64,000 nucleotides of DNA. It comes from Paragordius varius (lineage: Eukaryota > Animalia > Nematomorpha). Numbering within the stretch: the first letter of the stretch is position 1; each line of letters begins with the position of its first letter. Shown piece after piece: positions 13,594 to 25,344 of this stretch. Where the stretch lies: the NCBI GenBank assembly GCA_964247055.1, contig OZ176052.1:3348001-3412000 (forward strand), read 5' to 3'. The notes under the pieces were generated by a model, which saw only the letters and a program-made list of their open reading frames with translations, had not been told where the DNA came from and made no database searches. The position numbers were made by a program, and so were the translations under genes.

Positions 13594-16584
13594 CCTGATA
13601 AAAATTAAGCTTTAAGCTATATGTTGGCTGCTTTCTTAAAATTTCTTACTTGTATTCAAGAAAATATCTGCTCACCCAAAGATATAAAATGAATACAGTA
13701 GCAAGCTGAATACATTACATAAGTGTTAATATTTTATAGCATTGTATGTAAATGATGACGATAAAATATAACACTTTTTTTCGATTTAATAGGCATCATC
13801 ACAGGACTATCCAATGCGTCTAACCTATAAACAACATAAACGCCAAATTAAATTACTTCAACAACAACAGCTATACCGTCAACAAATGGAAAGGAAAAGC
13901 AAATCTACCAATGGAAGAAATAAATATAAAAATGAGAGTTCTTCCTCAAATTTTGCAAATACATCAGTGAGTTTAATCGCGCATTTGGATAATATTTTAA
14001 TATAAATTTACGAATATTTTTTTTTCTAAACCCTCTATAATTTTCATATTGTTCTGAACCATTTATTATAAAAACGTTAAATTTAAGAATTTCATTTAAT
14101 TTATTTTCTTTATGTTTGCTTTTTTAGGATAATGTTCTAAACACTAGTAACGGAGGACCGCCAAGGGAGAAAAAAGATAAGAGGGATAAACGTTTAAATC
14201 AAAACGGTAACAACAATCCAAATTTAGTTCGGGGTACGAATTAAATTAATATTTTTCATTTTCCAAAAAATGGTAATTATTATAAAAAAATTTTTGAATG
14301 ATTGTCAATAGGGTCCTCATCACAACCTTTGCAAATTGTATCAGGAACCGAGCATGTCCTTAAACATAAAAATCAACAATCTAGGAAAACCGCTGGCAAT
14401 CATTATTCACACCAATTATATCAACACCCAAGTCATTACAATTATCATTACCCTGTTCAACAAAGCGGTTCTCAACATCAAAATGAAAAAATCAATCATA
14501 AACGCCAAAGTAATATATTTTATTTCCAAAAACATTTTTTATTGTGTGTATAGGATTTATTTAAATGCTAAAATTTACAATTAAAAAATGTTAAAATATA
14601 TCAGCTTGTTTTACTGTTTCAAAAGTTAATTTCTAATTATTTAATTTCTTATAACCAGATCGTAATAGTGCAGCAAACTTACCAACAAATGAATCGCTAC
14701 CAAAACCTACTTTTTGGGCCAACCTTTTTTCCACCTCGTCAAAACATGGCGTCACGAAAATGGATGATAATAACGTGAATCAAATGTCCACACAGTTTAC
14801 TGATAACCCCAAGGCCACTTCCAAGTATATGTCATCAAACCATCATAACTTTAATAACGAAAAAAATCGAATAGAGCAGACTACGAATAGAATTAGCAAT
14901 AATAATAGATTAGATTTAAATTTGGCTTACAAAGAGGATTGTGACATAACTCACCAACAACCATTACAACCGGTTAACGGTAAAAATAGGCATGGGCCAA
15001 AGAAAAAAAAGGTTTCACCCTCTCAAATAGAACCAATGATTGTTTTGAGTGGTGAACAGCCAAATAATCCAGGTAACTTAATTTTTAGTCATTATGAGTT
15101 TTAAGGAGTTATAAAAAAATATTTTTAACGTATAAAAATATAAAAAATTTACAATTATTTATACCTTAATATATCATGGGAATAATATATTTATAAAAAT
15201 TTTGCGCTTCTACCTATACATATATATGATTCACTTTTTTCATTTTTGAGAGAATATTCTTCACCAATCAAACAATATTTTAACTTTAATTTACATTGTA
15301 CAAATTCTAAGTTATACCATACATTATTGTAAGTACATATATTTACATTTTATAAGTTACTGAGTCATTTGGTTTTCTTGGAATCCAAACAATTTTTAAA
15401 CAAAAAAATTTGTCCCTACATTTTAACTTTTAATTTTATTATTGACGCACACATTGCTCTAATTTCATATATTCTATATCTTTTTTATTCTATCTTGCAG
15501 AATCAGGTCTTAACAAAGTGTGTGAACGCGATTTATTGGTTTTAGCGAATAGAGGCGTAACTAAAGAGGAACATCCCAACCCAACAGTTTCATCAGATGT
15601 TGAGGTATTTGAATCTGCTACGAATTGCTTCGTACCTTCAACTACAACAATGGGCTTAGAACCGCCCCCTTATGAACTGTGTGTTAAAAATAGCAAAGAT
15701 TTTAACAATAACATTGATGTGAATGTCAATAAAATAATTGAACCTAGTGCACCAATATTATCCACATCGATATTTGAAGCGGAAAACGAAATGACATCTA
15801 AACATGAGAATGGACACAAGACAAAGTAGTTTACCTTGGATAATATTTATAATACTCAAGCGGTCGCTTAATGAATTCATTAGATAATTTTATTTTCAGT
15901 TTTAGTATAATACCCTGATTAGAAAAAATACATTATCATTTACGTTTTTCCCGTTATTATTTGGCGCATTTTTAATTTTCAGCGGTGAATTTGAAGGAAA
16001 AATTCACATAAACTAAATTTAATTAGACCAAAAATATTTTTACACATATAATTTAGCATTAGTACTTTAATCATATAATGGTAAAATATATTTTCCATAC
16101 TTATTATTCAATTGATTGATCAATAAAAATGTTTACTATTAGTTTTATTGAAAACACCAACAAGGCTAACCCGCAATTACAAAATGCTCAAACAATACAA
16201 ACTTCACTGCCAACATCGCATGCCAATCAAACCACTCAAAATTTTGCTGCATTTGAACCGTTAGGTCATCCACATTTTAATTCTGCAGGGTTCATTGGTG
16301 ACAAGCATAAGTATAAATTAATTTTAATTTATCCATATTTTATAGATCCATTCTTTTTTAATGCTTTTTTGGTCATTTTTTCAAAAAATAAATTTATAAA
16401 TAGGTTGCCTAAACCAGGCTTTGGTAAAAATCGTGAAACCGTTTACAAAAATTTTGAGGATAGAAAACAGCGCAAACAAAAAGGCATTTCTCCACAAAAG
16501 GCAAACGCTAATATGAATAATCCTCATTCAACAAACAGTATTTTTAATGGACTTTTTAACATTAATAAGGCTTACAAGGGTTGA
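2505..16584 (+). CDS. ADAM10: ADAM10/Kuzbanian-like disintegrin metalloprotease, 24 coding exons, about 1709 aa
   Basis: Exons (all GT-AG, phases consistent): 2505-2535, 2558-2684, 2710-2840, 2864-3188, 5073-5232, 5739-6078, 6541-6781, 7146-7269, 7570-7990, 8824-8901, 9273-9460, 10012-10204, 10517-10679, 11100-11286, 11880-12105, 12476-12887, 13226-13469, 13793-13966, 14128-14206, 14312-14509, 14659-15072, 15501-15825, 16143-16310, 16404-16584. Domains: signal peptide [17 protein letters not shown]; prodomain [14 protein letters not shown]; Cys-switch-like SWCGL; [11 protein letters not shown]; [23 protein letters not shown]; zinc motif [10 protein letters not shown]|HD split across 9460/10012; disintegrin [16 protein letters not shown] and SPSEGPCC; Cys-rich domain; [21 protein letters not shown]; ADAM10-typical [11 protein letters not shown]. 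Tail exons rest on splice signals and open frames only, and a shorter form could stop at TAG 15827-15829. Confidence 0.93.
2536..2557 (+). other. 22-nt GT-AG micro-intron (ADAM10 intron 1)
   Basis: GTATTTTTTTATTATAATATAG. The unspliced frame hits TAA; removal joins a hydrophobic signal peptide to the prodomain. Confidence 0.75.
2685..2709 (+). other. 25-nt GT-AG micro-intron (ADAM10 intron 2)
   Basis: GTTAGTTGTTGTTTTACTATATTAG. Removal gives ISFNAFNK|SFDIIL, matching the ADAM10 prodomain (LDFHAHGRHFNLRM). Confidence 0.88.
2841..2863 (+). other. 23-nt GT-AG micro-intron (ADAM10 intron 3)
   Basis: GTAAACGTTTTTCTTATGTATAG. Removal gives VSGYVLG|[17 protein letters not shown], matching [24 protein letters not shown]. 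Confidence 0.9.
6243..6278. repeat. (TA)n microsatellite
   Basis: Pure TA run in ADAM10 intron 6; a similar run lies at 13555-13589. Confidence 0.95.
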
Positions 16585-17857
16585 AGATATTCCAATGCTA
16601 AATATTACTTCCACACTCTACTTATTATACATTTTTTGCTCATCGATAATGAATTAGAAGAAAATGGGCACAAAATTGTAATAGACCTTTTCAAAACGGA
16701 GCAAAAGATATTCCAAAAATTATCTGTAATAGTATTAAAATTTGTCCTTTGATTTTGCATTTTACCTGGATTTTACATAGTTTTTATATTTATTTAATAC
16801 ATATATATTCTAACCATATTGTATGAATTGTTATCTTTGCAAATACTATAATCTCAATAACATATATTCTTGTGGTCCATTTTTTGTGATTTTACTTTTT
16901 TTGCTATATCTTTTAAAACTGCTAATTTTATTGTATGTTGAGAATGTTTTTATATATTTTGATTTTATATTTTTAATAAATTAAACCTAATATTATTTAA
17001 AGAGGTTACATTAATTGATTAGAATTAACAATGATTTTTAACACCATTTTTTGAACATCAAACCATAAGAATTTGTGGTATTAACCAACTTCTAAGATAT
17101 GTATTGTAATTTAATTTTTTTAAAGGATTAAAAAAGAATATATTTATTATTATGAAGCTATATTTAAGTCATGACGATTGGTAGAAACCAATGCTATAGC
17201 CTCATCCCATGTTATATTCGTTAATGTCTTTATTTTTTAACATAATTCAGTAAATTTTTTTGTTAATAGATGGTTTTTCAGAAAAAGGCCAACTCAGGAG
17301 CTAATACGCTTTTTATCACTGCTTAATTTAAATTTATAAAAATCTGAACGGTTTCACACGTGGAGCGGAAAATTTTAAGGTCGAATAAATTTTACCTCCA
17401 TAAACATCACGGATTTTTGGGCCACGATTTAAATCTCACTTGCATAATCGGGAAACTCGTATTTTGCGTAACTAAACCCAAAAATTAATAAAAACACTGT
17501 TTTGCTTTCAGAAATGAAATATGAATGGTCATATTTTAAATGGTTTAATACCTTTTTGAAAATATTTTTAAGCACTGTAGCTTTTTGCCATATATGATAT
17601 GGGTGAAGCGTATATTTAATTTATAAAGGTTGGTAACGTTCTTTGGAATCATAAAATGTTACCATTGTTGAATTGGATTGATGCAATATGCTCCTGCTAA
17701 AAATTCTTTAAAACCGCTGTCTATCTGATACTACCATATAACTAAGCTAAATGCAATTGAAAAAAAGTAGGTTACTCTTGTAAACTAAGTTGAAATATAA
17801 ATTGTCATTTCAAATGTTAGCCCAATAAGTTCCCGTAAAAAATATTATAGCTTACAT

Positions 17858-18108
17858 CAGGGGTGGTAAACACGCGGCCGATATTATGTGCGCCCCGTAA
17901 TCTTTTATAACATCAAATAGTGTTTCCATAATCTTCAAAAATACGCTGATAAAACCTTAGTAAAATTTAAACAAATTTCTCAATACATCATTAAAATTGG
18001 CAACGAAATGCAAAAATTGGTGAAATATATAAATCGTATTGTACTTTCCATTTTTACCCATATTTTTTTCAAATGCGTCCTGCGAAACCATTTGTGTGAA
18101 CACCCCTG
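17858..18108. mobile_element. hAT-type MITE (about 250 bp)
   Basis: TIRs CAGGGGTGGTAAACAC / GTGTGAACACCCCTG. The 8-bp flanks GCTTACAT / GTCTACAT (6/8) fit a decayed TSD. A relative lies at 54230-54523. Confidence 0.75.
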
Positions 18109-19160
18109 GTCTACATTATATTGGTACGTAAAATACATGGGGTTAAATATTTCATATCTAGAACTAATTAAGAGTTTTAGAACAATGCTGGTTAAACAGT
18201 ATTGATAAGATTCCAAGCTATAAATGTTTTGCCGTTATTAGTTTCTAGTTTGAAATAGATAATACATCATAGCAAATTTTCTCCATTTTATCCAAATTAT
18301 CACAATTTTTAATGCATTCTGGTGTCATGCCAAAATATTTTTTTGATTAAATTGGATAGATCAATTTATTATATATGTCAGAAAAAACATTTTGTTTATT
18401 GTTACCCTTATATTAAATGCAAGATTTTTAATATAGTTTGAATCGGGAATAATTGATATTATTGCATTATTCATACATTTTTTATAAGATATAAAATTCT
18501 ATCTTCGGGATATTCGTAAATTTTTAATTTTTTTTACAAATCATTCATTTTTTATAGTGCGTAAAGCTTATTACATCTTTAATTGGATGTTAAATCTAAG
18601 TAAATATATATTTTAACCATACCATAATCTTGATAAAATCATGCCGGAATAAATTAAACATTGTATAGTCGTTTAAATACATTAAAATGTTATAAAAACT
18701 AAAGATAAAATTAACAATACCAAGGGTTAGACTGAAAAAATGGTTTTTTTTACCTAATAAAATAATCAATATGGTCATTATATCATTTCATATCTTATCA
18801 GTATTCATTATGTAGATGGACTTTTCTATTCAAAAGTCCTCACATCTCTTTCACTCTTTTGATCCCTATCAAAATAAAAATTGGTCATTGGAATATTAGG
18901 TATATTCTAAATGAATTAATTTATTTAAATAGGAACAATTAAATATTAATAAATATTTGAATATAAAAATTAAAATATTTTCTACTTTATCATAATAAAT
19001 AGAATATAGAAAAAATTGCTTTATATATACAAGTAACTATATGTGATGAAACTAATAATATAATTTATACAAATCAATAGCAAAAATTTAACTAAGACAT
19101 TTAAACTTTTTATATGTAATCAATCCATTTTTTAAACAATATAAATAAGTATCTATAAAT

Positions 19161-22100
19161 TTAGCAATTGCCACGTTTATTCTTTCTTACATTGTGATGT
19201 ATTTCCTTTTTACTCTTATTATTTGAATTTTCACCCCCTTCTTTATTATTAAAATTTTTGTTGTTAATATTTGCATCAAAATCATTATTCTCATTTTCGT
19301 AATTTATTTTAGGGCCATTGTAAAAAGGCATTTGGGTGAGATCCTCTTCGGGTAGCCTTGCTTTCAAATCCAACAAATGTTGGGGCGGATTATCGCCATA
19401 TTTGCGTTTGAGCAAAGATGTATACTGGGATTGTGATAATGGCGGTTCATAAGCCTGTATATATATATATATAGTTCAAATTCACCCTTCAACAATTCAA
19501 ATCCCCCTAATAAAATTGTGTGTTTTCAAACTAATATAACTCATCATTAATATAAAATATATCTTTATGGCATAGTTTATTATTATTTGAACATTATTTT
19601 AATTTTAAACTTAATTTTATTTTTCAAAAATATATAAAAATATAGGTAAATTTTAATTATAAAAAACAATAATTAATTTGAGGTTAAATATGAAATGTTT
19701 AAGGGTGAATTTGAATTGTTATGGGTGAATTTGAATTGTTTAAGGGTGAATTTGAATTGTTCGAGGGTGAATTTGAATTGTTTAAAGGTAAATTTAAATT
19801 TTAAATGGTATATTATTATCCACAATAGTTTGACTAAAAAAAGAGTTAATTTATGCATAACTACCCAAATACTAAGAAAAAATAAAGTATAAATATATTA
19901 ATTACCAAATATCGCCAATAAGGTTTATATTAAATAAATATCCATACACTTCTTTTAACATATTAGTTAGTAAATATATTTCATATAAACAAAAGATAAA
20001 AAAAACTAAAAATGAATCAAAATAATTTAGTAACAACCTTAGGCAGTACATCAGGGTTCGTTAGATAACAATCAGCTTCAAGCGAAGATGTTATGTGACG
20101 ATGAGTAGTAGTTTGTTCAGCATTAATGCTACCATTATTGAGTACAACTTGAGTGTGTGAAACTTTACCCTGTATAGTCGATGTGTCTTCAAAAGCCTCC
20201 TGTAAAGGCGAGCCACTGTAAACCCCTATGGGTGTTGCCGACGTATAAATTTTGGTAACGGCTTTATTAAATACGGGCAATAATTCACTAGCATCGGATG
20301 GAAGGACCTATGATCATTAAAAGATATTATTAGCATGTATAAAACGCGATTTTTAATTTTTTAGATTTTATTTATCTTTCAATTAATGGATAAATGAATG
20401 ATGCGCCATATTTATTACTTTTGAGAATGAAAAGTTAGGAAAAACTATATGTAAACTTTGTCCGATAAAGTTAATAAAAATTATTGTAAATAAATGGATA
20501 ATTATTGAAGCATTTATCCAGTAAAATACGCAATTTTTCCATCATCACCAACCCTGAGCAGGCGAGTGTTAAAGCTCTCACATGTCCGGATACAATTTAA
20601 TCCTTACCCTTTAATAAAAAAGGAAAAAAGAGACTCCAAACTGTATATTTTTTTTTATTTTTTTTTGTCCGATAAAGTTAAAAATTAATTGTAAATAAAT
20701 GGATAATTATTATAGAATCATTTATCCAGTAAAATGTATGTTATAAATTAAATTAAAACTATTATATCAAAGATAATTATATATATTTATATAGCAGTTT
20801 TACTTTTAAATAGACAATAGCATCCATGCCATACCCTTCAACCGTTACAAGCTTAAGATCGCCTTGGAAATATCGTGCGTATAAACGTGATAACGGCAAA
20901 CCAAATCCATAACCAGCCTACATTATTATTAAAAAATTATTTTAATATAAAAAAATGTTTATATATAGTGAAAATTGAAACTATAAAGACAGAAGGTAAG
21001 GATCAAAAGACAAATATATATATTAATAAGAACATTGATACTATTTTTTTTAATATAAACTATCGTTTTAGGTGATAAAGCTAAAGAAATAAATTGAAAC
21101 AGGCGAGTACACACATATATATATATATATATATATATTAAAATTGATATTATAAAAACTTAAATTAAAATTAACTAATTTATTTAAAATATTAAAGTTT
21201 AAAAAAGCCTGACGGTCTTTTGACAAAAATATTTGTCTTTTAGTTTTTTTGTCCTTATACTTTTTAATTTTACACTGTACATATATTATACCAATGGTGA
21301 ACTTATGGATGAATCTTTAATAGATGGTCTAGGGGCAGTTGAGTATGTGTATTGAAATAAATTCCCATATCTTGATAAAGGTACACCTCCTCCCTGATCA
21401 CTGATTTTAATGGTTAAATCTTCCTTACCTATAATTAATTTAATGTGTTAATAAAAAAGAGGACAGATATTGTAATATAATATCGTGAGTTTAATGCGAT
21501 ACTATGGAGGCAGATGTTGCAATATTTTGTTGAATAGTGAAAAAATCACATAAATTTAATGTCATAAAAGTGAGGCTAAAATAATAGTTTCTTATTTGAG
21601 TCATTTTTTGCCCGTAAAATTTTTGTATATATTAAAATACTTAAAAACAATAAGTGACAACTCAAATAAGACAAAAAAATTAAATTATTAAAAATAGTAA
21701 AATTTAATTCATAACATATTTAGTATTGTAATGATAAATTATAAATTAATAATGTTTTGTATAAACGTTCGTTTACATCGTTATTTTAAAACAGATTTAA
21801 CAATTGTTAATATTTGATTAAACTTTAAACCTTTGACAATCAAAGCTTTTATGGGTGGGAATGTTTCGGTTTCAACTCCATTAAATTCAATTGTTGCCCG
21901 CAACGCATTCTGCAAACATTAATTACACAATTTTAAGAGGCATTATTAAAAAAAGTTTTTAAAATATACCATTTACACCTCAAATTTATATTTAAACACT
22001 TAAAATTAATAAATTTTAAATATTATCACCCTTGATTCAACTTACCTTTGAAAACTTCACCTAAACTTTTATAACATTTATTCGCCGCAAAAAGAAATAT

Positions 22101-25100
22101 TACTGAGATATATAAGCTCATAATTATAGAATATTTGTTTTTGACATAATTTTTCAGCTTTTTAGGTTTACCCTATTCATTTTAAATTATTATTAAATGG
22201 TATCACAAAATATATAATAAAAATTATGCATACACAAGCGTTCTAAAATTAATAATTGTCTAATTTTTTTGATATTTTTGATAAGTGATATAATTATATA
22301 AATTAACGAGAGTTGATTGATAAACTTCCAACACAATTTATCTAAGTTTATTTACCCCATACACAAAAAATTTATTAGAGTGAAAAATGTTCAGGTTGTA
22401 TATGAAATATTTAAAGGTGAACTAAAATGTTAAAGGGTATTTTATGTCAAAGAAATTTGAAGTTTTTAAGGGTGACTTTGAGATTAAATGAGTATATTTA
22501 CAAAAAGACAATTAAAAAAAGATAAAGCCTAACTTTAAACAATTCAAAAAGCATATGGTAAAGATGGGACGGTACATGAACCACTTGTATTGAATTTCCT
22601 TTTTCTCGTACTAAATAGTAATGTTAAAAAAATTAAAATTAAATAAAAATTAAAACGACTATAAAAAATTTTATGTATAAAAAACAATATTGTTCGATTT
22701 TTTCTATAAAATTAAAATATGAAATTAAGGATGATACAAATTTACATTTCAATTTTAGATTTCGAAGCCCAAAACAATAGGTTAGATTTAAAATTAAAAA
22801 TATGATTACTTTAAAAAAAATAGGTTCTTTAATTTTAATATTTATTATTAAGAGTTTTAGTTTACATTGCACTAAAAATTTTTAGCGAAAATGACTATTT
22901 TATATACAAAATATATACCGTTAAGCGTTTCAATTTCAACATTTGGAGCAACCAGGTAATGGTTCTCACATACAAACCGAGCATTTTCAAAAGCATCTAA
23001 AAATATCATCACTGGAATTCATATTGGCGCAAAATGGGATATTATTAGGTAAAACAATAAAGACTTACCAATATTTTATAATCAAAAATAAATATAGAAG
23101 ACCCTTACTTTCATTTTGATTTTTTTGTATAAAAAGCACTTAACAATTAACTATAGCTAATTAACATAGATTGTTCCATTTTTGGGTAGTTTAAAGTGAG
23201 TAAGAGCTCAAAACTAAAAAAATATATTAATGTCATTTTTCCTTCTATATATAAAATCTTACTGAACTAGAAGAAAAAAAACCTTGCAAAACTGCCTTAA
23301 CATCACAATGCGGATCAATGCAACCAACATTTCGTGGGTGATCCGGTCTAATACCACCAAACATCATAGCTATAAATGAATAAAGAATGTAGTATATAAA
23401 TAATATAGTTTGGATATTTTATTAACATATGAATAAATTAGATAAATTATCTTCACTAATTTTTAATCAAATATCAGCAACTTTTAATCTAATGATGCAG
23501 GTATTATAAGTATACAAATCTTAATTACATTAGTGACTAATTAATAATAAAATATCTGATTTATATTGAAACTAAATGACAATATTTTTAATTATGAAAA
23601 AAAACTTTATGTTCTTAACACCTAAATACTCCCATTTTTATTTAATCCTAAATAATTTCTTATCCTAACCGTTTCAAAAGAAAATGAGAATTACTGTGTT
23701 GAGTGATAAGCATACGTATACTTATACGGCTTAGAAAAAATCTATCCAAAAAATATTGAATATTTCCATCCATTTTAGCATTATCCCCGTAAGTTTCTTT
23801 CATTTCATTCAATCCCTGGGCCATAGTTTCAACCACATTCATGTGCCGAGTACGAATCTTAAGCAAGGTATCAACAAATCTAAAAGAATCGAAACAAACA
23901 CTTTTGTAAAATATTGAAAACCTAATCTTTCTAGAGATTATATTTTATAAATGTGCAAACATTTAAAAATAGGGCAGTTATAATAAATTATTTCTAATTT
24001 ATTGTTAAAATTTTCTTTTTTTATCATTTCTAATTAGTGGTAATGATTTCATTGAAACACAAAAAAATAATTTGTTTTGTACTGAAATATCTTAAAAAAT
24101 AGATGATGTTCTTATAAATACGTAATAAAACCGATAAATAACATTCTGATTAGTATTATATTTTTAAATAGAAAGGGCTCTCACGAATTGAGTGTGGAGA
24201 GCAAAAGTGATAGATCATATAAAAATTCAATAATTCTAATAAATAAATTATGGGGTATATTTTAACCGTATATAAAAAAAGAATCAAAACTCAGAAAGTA
24301 TTTTGTGGTATAAATTTATTATATTTTTTTTTCTTGTATATTATAGATTTATTTTTTGTCAAAAATAGTTAAATTAGGTAATGAACATATAAGTGCCAAA
24401 TAAGTTTTATATTGTAACATTAAAAAAGCAATTTCTTTCTAACTTTTATGGTGTGAACTGCACTTGTAAGGTGAATACGAGAAACACTCTATAGTCTATA
24501 TTATAAAATAATTTGCAAAAACAAGCTTAAAATTTTCAAACCATTTTTTCGATTATGCTAAAATAAAGTTAAAAATCCATAGTTAAAAATCCATAGTTAA
24601 AAATTAAATATGTCCATATTTTTTTTACTGTTAATAGTTGTCTAAATTTTACAAACAAAAAACTTTACATTAAAAATAATATTTAAAAGGCATGTAAACT
24701 CTTGGAAAAAAAATAAATATTTTATGTAGATTAAAAATAATTATACAGTACGTATGGTATATCAAAATTTATTGCCGTCATCCAGATAATTTTAAATTAA
24801 CATATTTTGCAAACAGACCAATATAGACACAATACACCACTGTATAATTATTTTTACTTCTGCACCCTAACATGGTTAAACAATGTGGTATTTTTTTACA
24901 AAAACATATAATAGCCTATATTTGCATAACAATAAGTCATGTGATGAACACACCTCCTAATAAAAAAATATTATACTCTTGTTTAATTTGTGCTGATAGT
25001 GGTTGAACGTTTTCGTATTTAAGAATATCAATAAAGCTTTGTTTATACCTAATATATTAAATACAAAACTGACCAATTTTTAACCATTTCGATTGATGGC

Positions 25101-25344
25101 ATTTTAAGTAAATTCTCGGGTAAATAATTTATTTCTCTCATCATATTGGCTAAGCGAACAGGTATTTCCTTTTGTAAAAACATAAAAGACATGTTTTCGC
25201 TGGGGTTTGTTTGACCTATATAATAATAAAAAAATTACCAAAATCTACAAACTGCTTAATCGACAGAGCGGATGGTGCAAACTGGGAATAATGTTCCAAC
25301 ATCTTAGCATAATGCCTAAGACAGGCGTTCGTGACAAAAACCAT
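19161..25344 (-). CDS. PDK: Mitochondrial pyruvate dehydrogenase kinase, 11-12 coding exons (455-546 aa)
   Basis: Exons in transcription order: 25344-25239, 25215-25074, 25048-24977, 23879-23695, 23369-23283, 22996-22919, 22610-22534, 21909-21831, 21428-21292, 20917-20804, 20307-20038 (or reading through to the stop at 20017), 19454-19161 (less certain). Motifs: [81 protein letters not shown] (N box), KISDQGGG (G1 box), [27 protein letters not shown] (G2 box), EGYGMDA. Confidence 0.95.
19475..19812. mobile_element. Foldback-like element with ~21-bp subterminal tandem repeats (last PDK intron)
   Basis: About 4-5 copies of TTAAGGGTGAATTTGAATTGT on the right arm and inverted TTCAAATTCACCCTT on the left. 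The right terminus AAATGGTATA is shared with the elements at ~21965 and 39643. Confidence 0.6.
25049..25073 (-). other. 25-nt GT-AG micro-intron (PDK intron 2)
   Basis: GTCAGTTTTGTATTTAATATATTAG. It splits the Trp codon in MVKNW|YKQSFIDIL, matching the conserved VQSWYVQSLLDI. Confidence 0.92.
25216..25238 (-). other. 23-nt GT-AG micro-intron (PDK intron 1)
   Basis: GTAATTTTTTTATTATTATATAG. It splits the Gly codon in KQFVDFG|[10 protein letters not shown], matching KQFLDFGSSNACEKTSF. Confidence 0.92.

Noticed and set aside
16430-16560. Minus-strand peptide [20 protein letters not shown] resembling Flower/TVP18 membrane proteins
   Set aside because: I could not join it into an open spliced frame, and it is antisense to a well-phased ADAM10 terminal exon.
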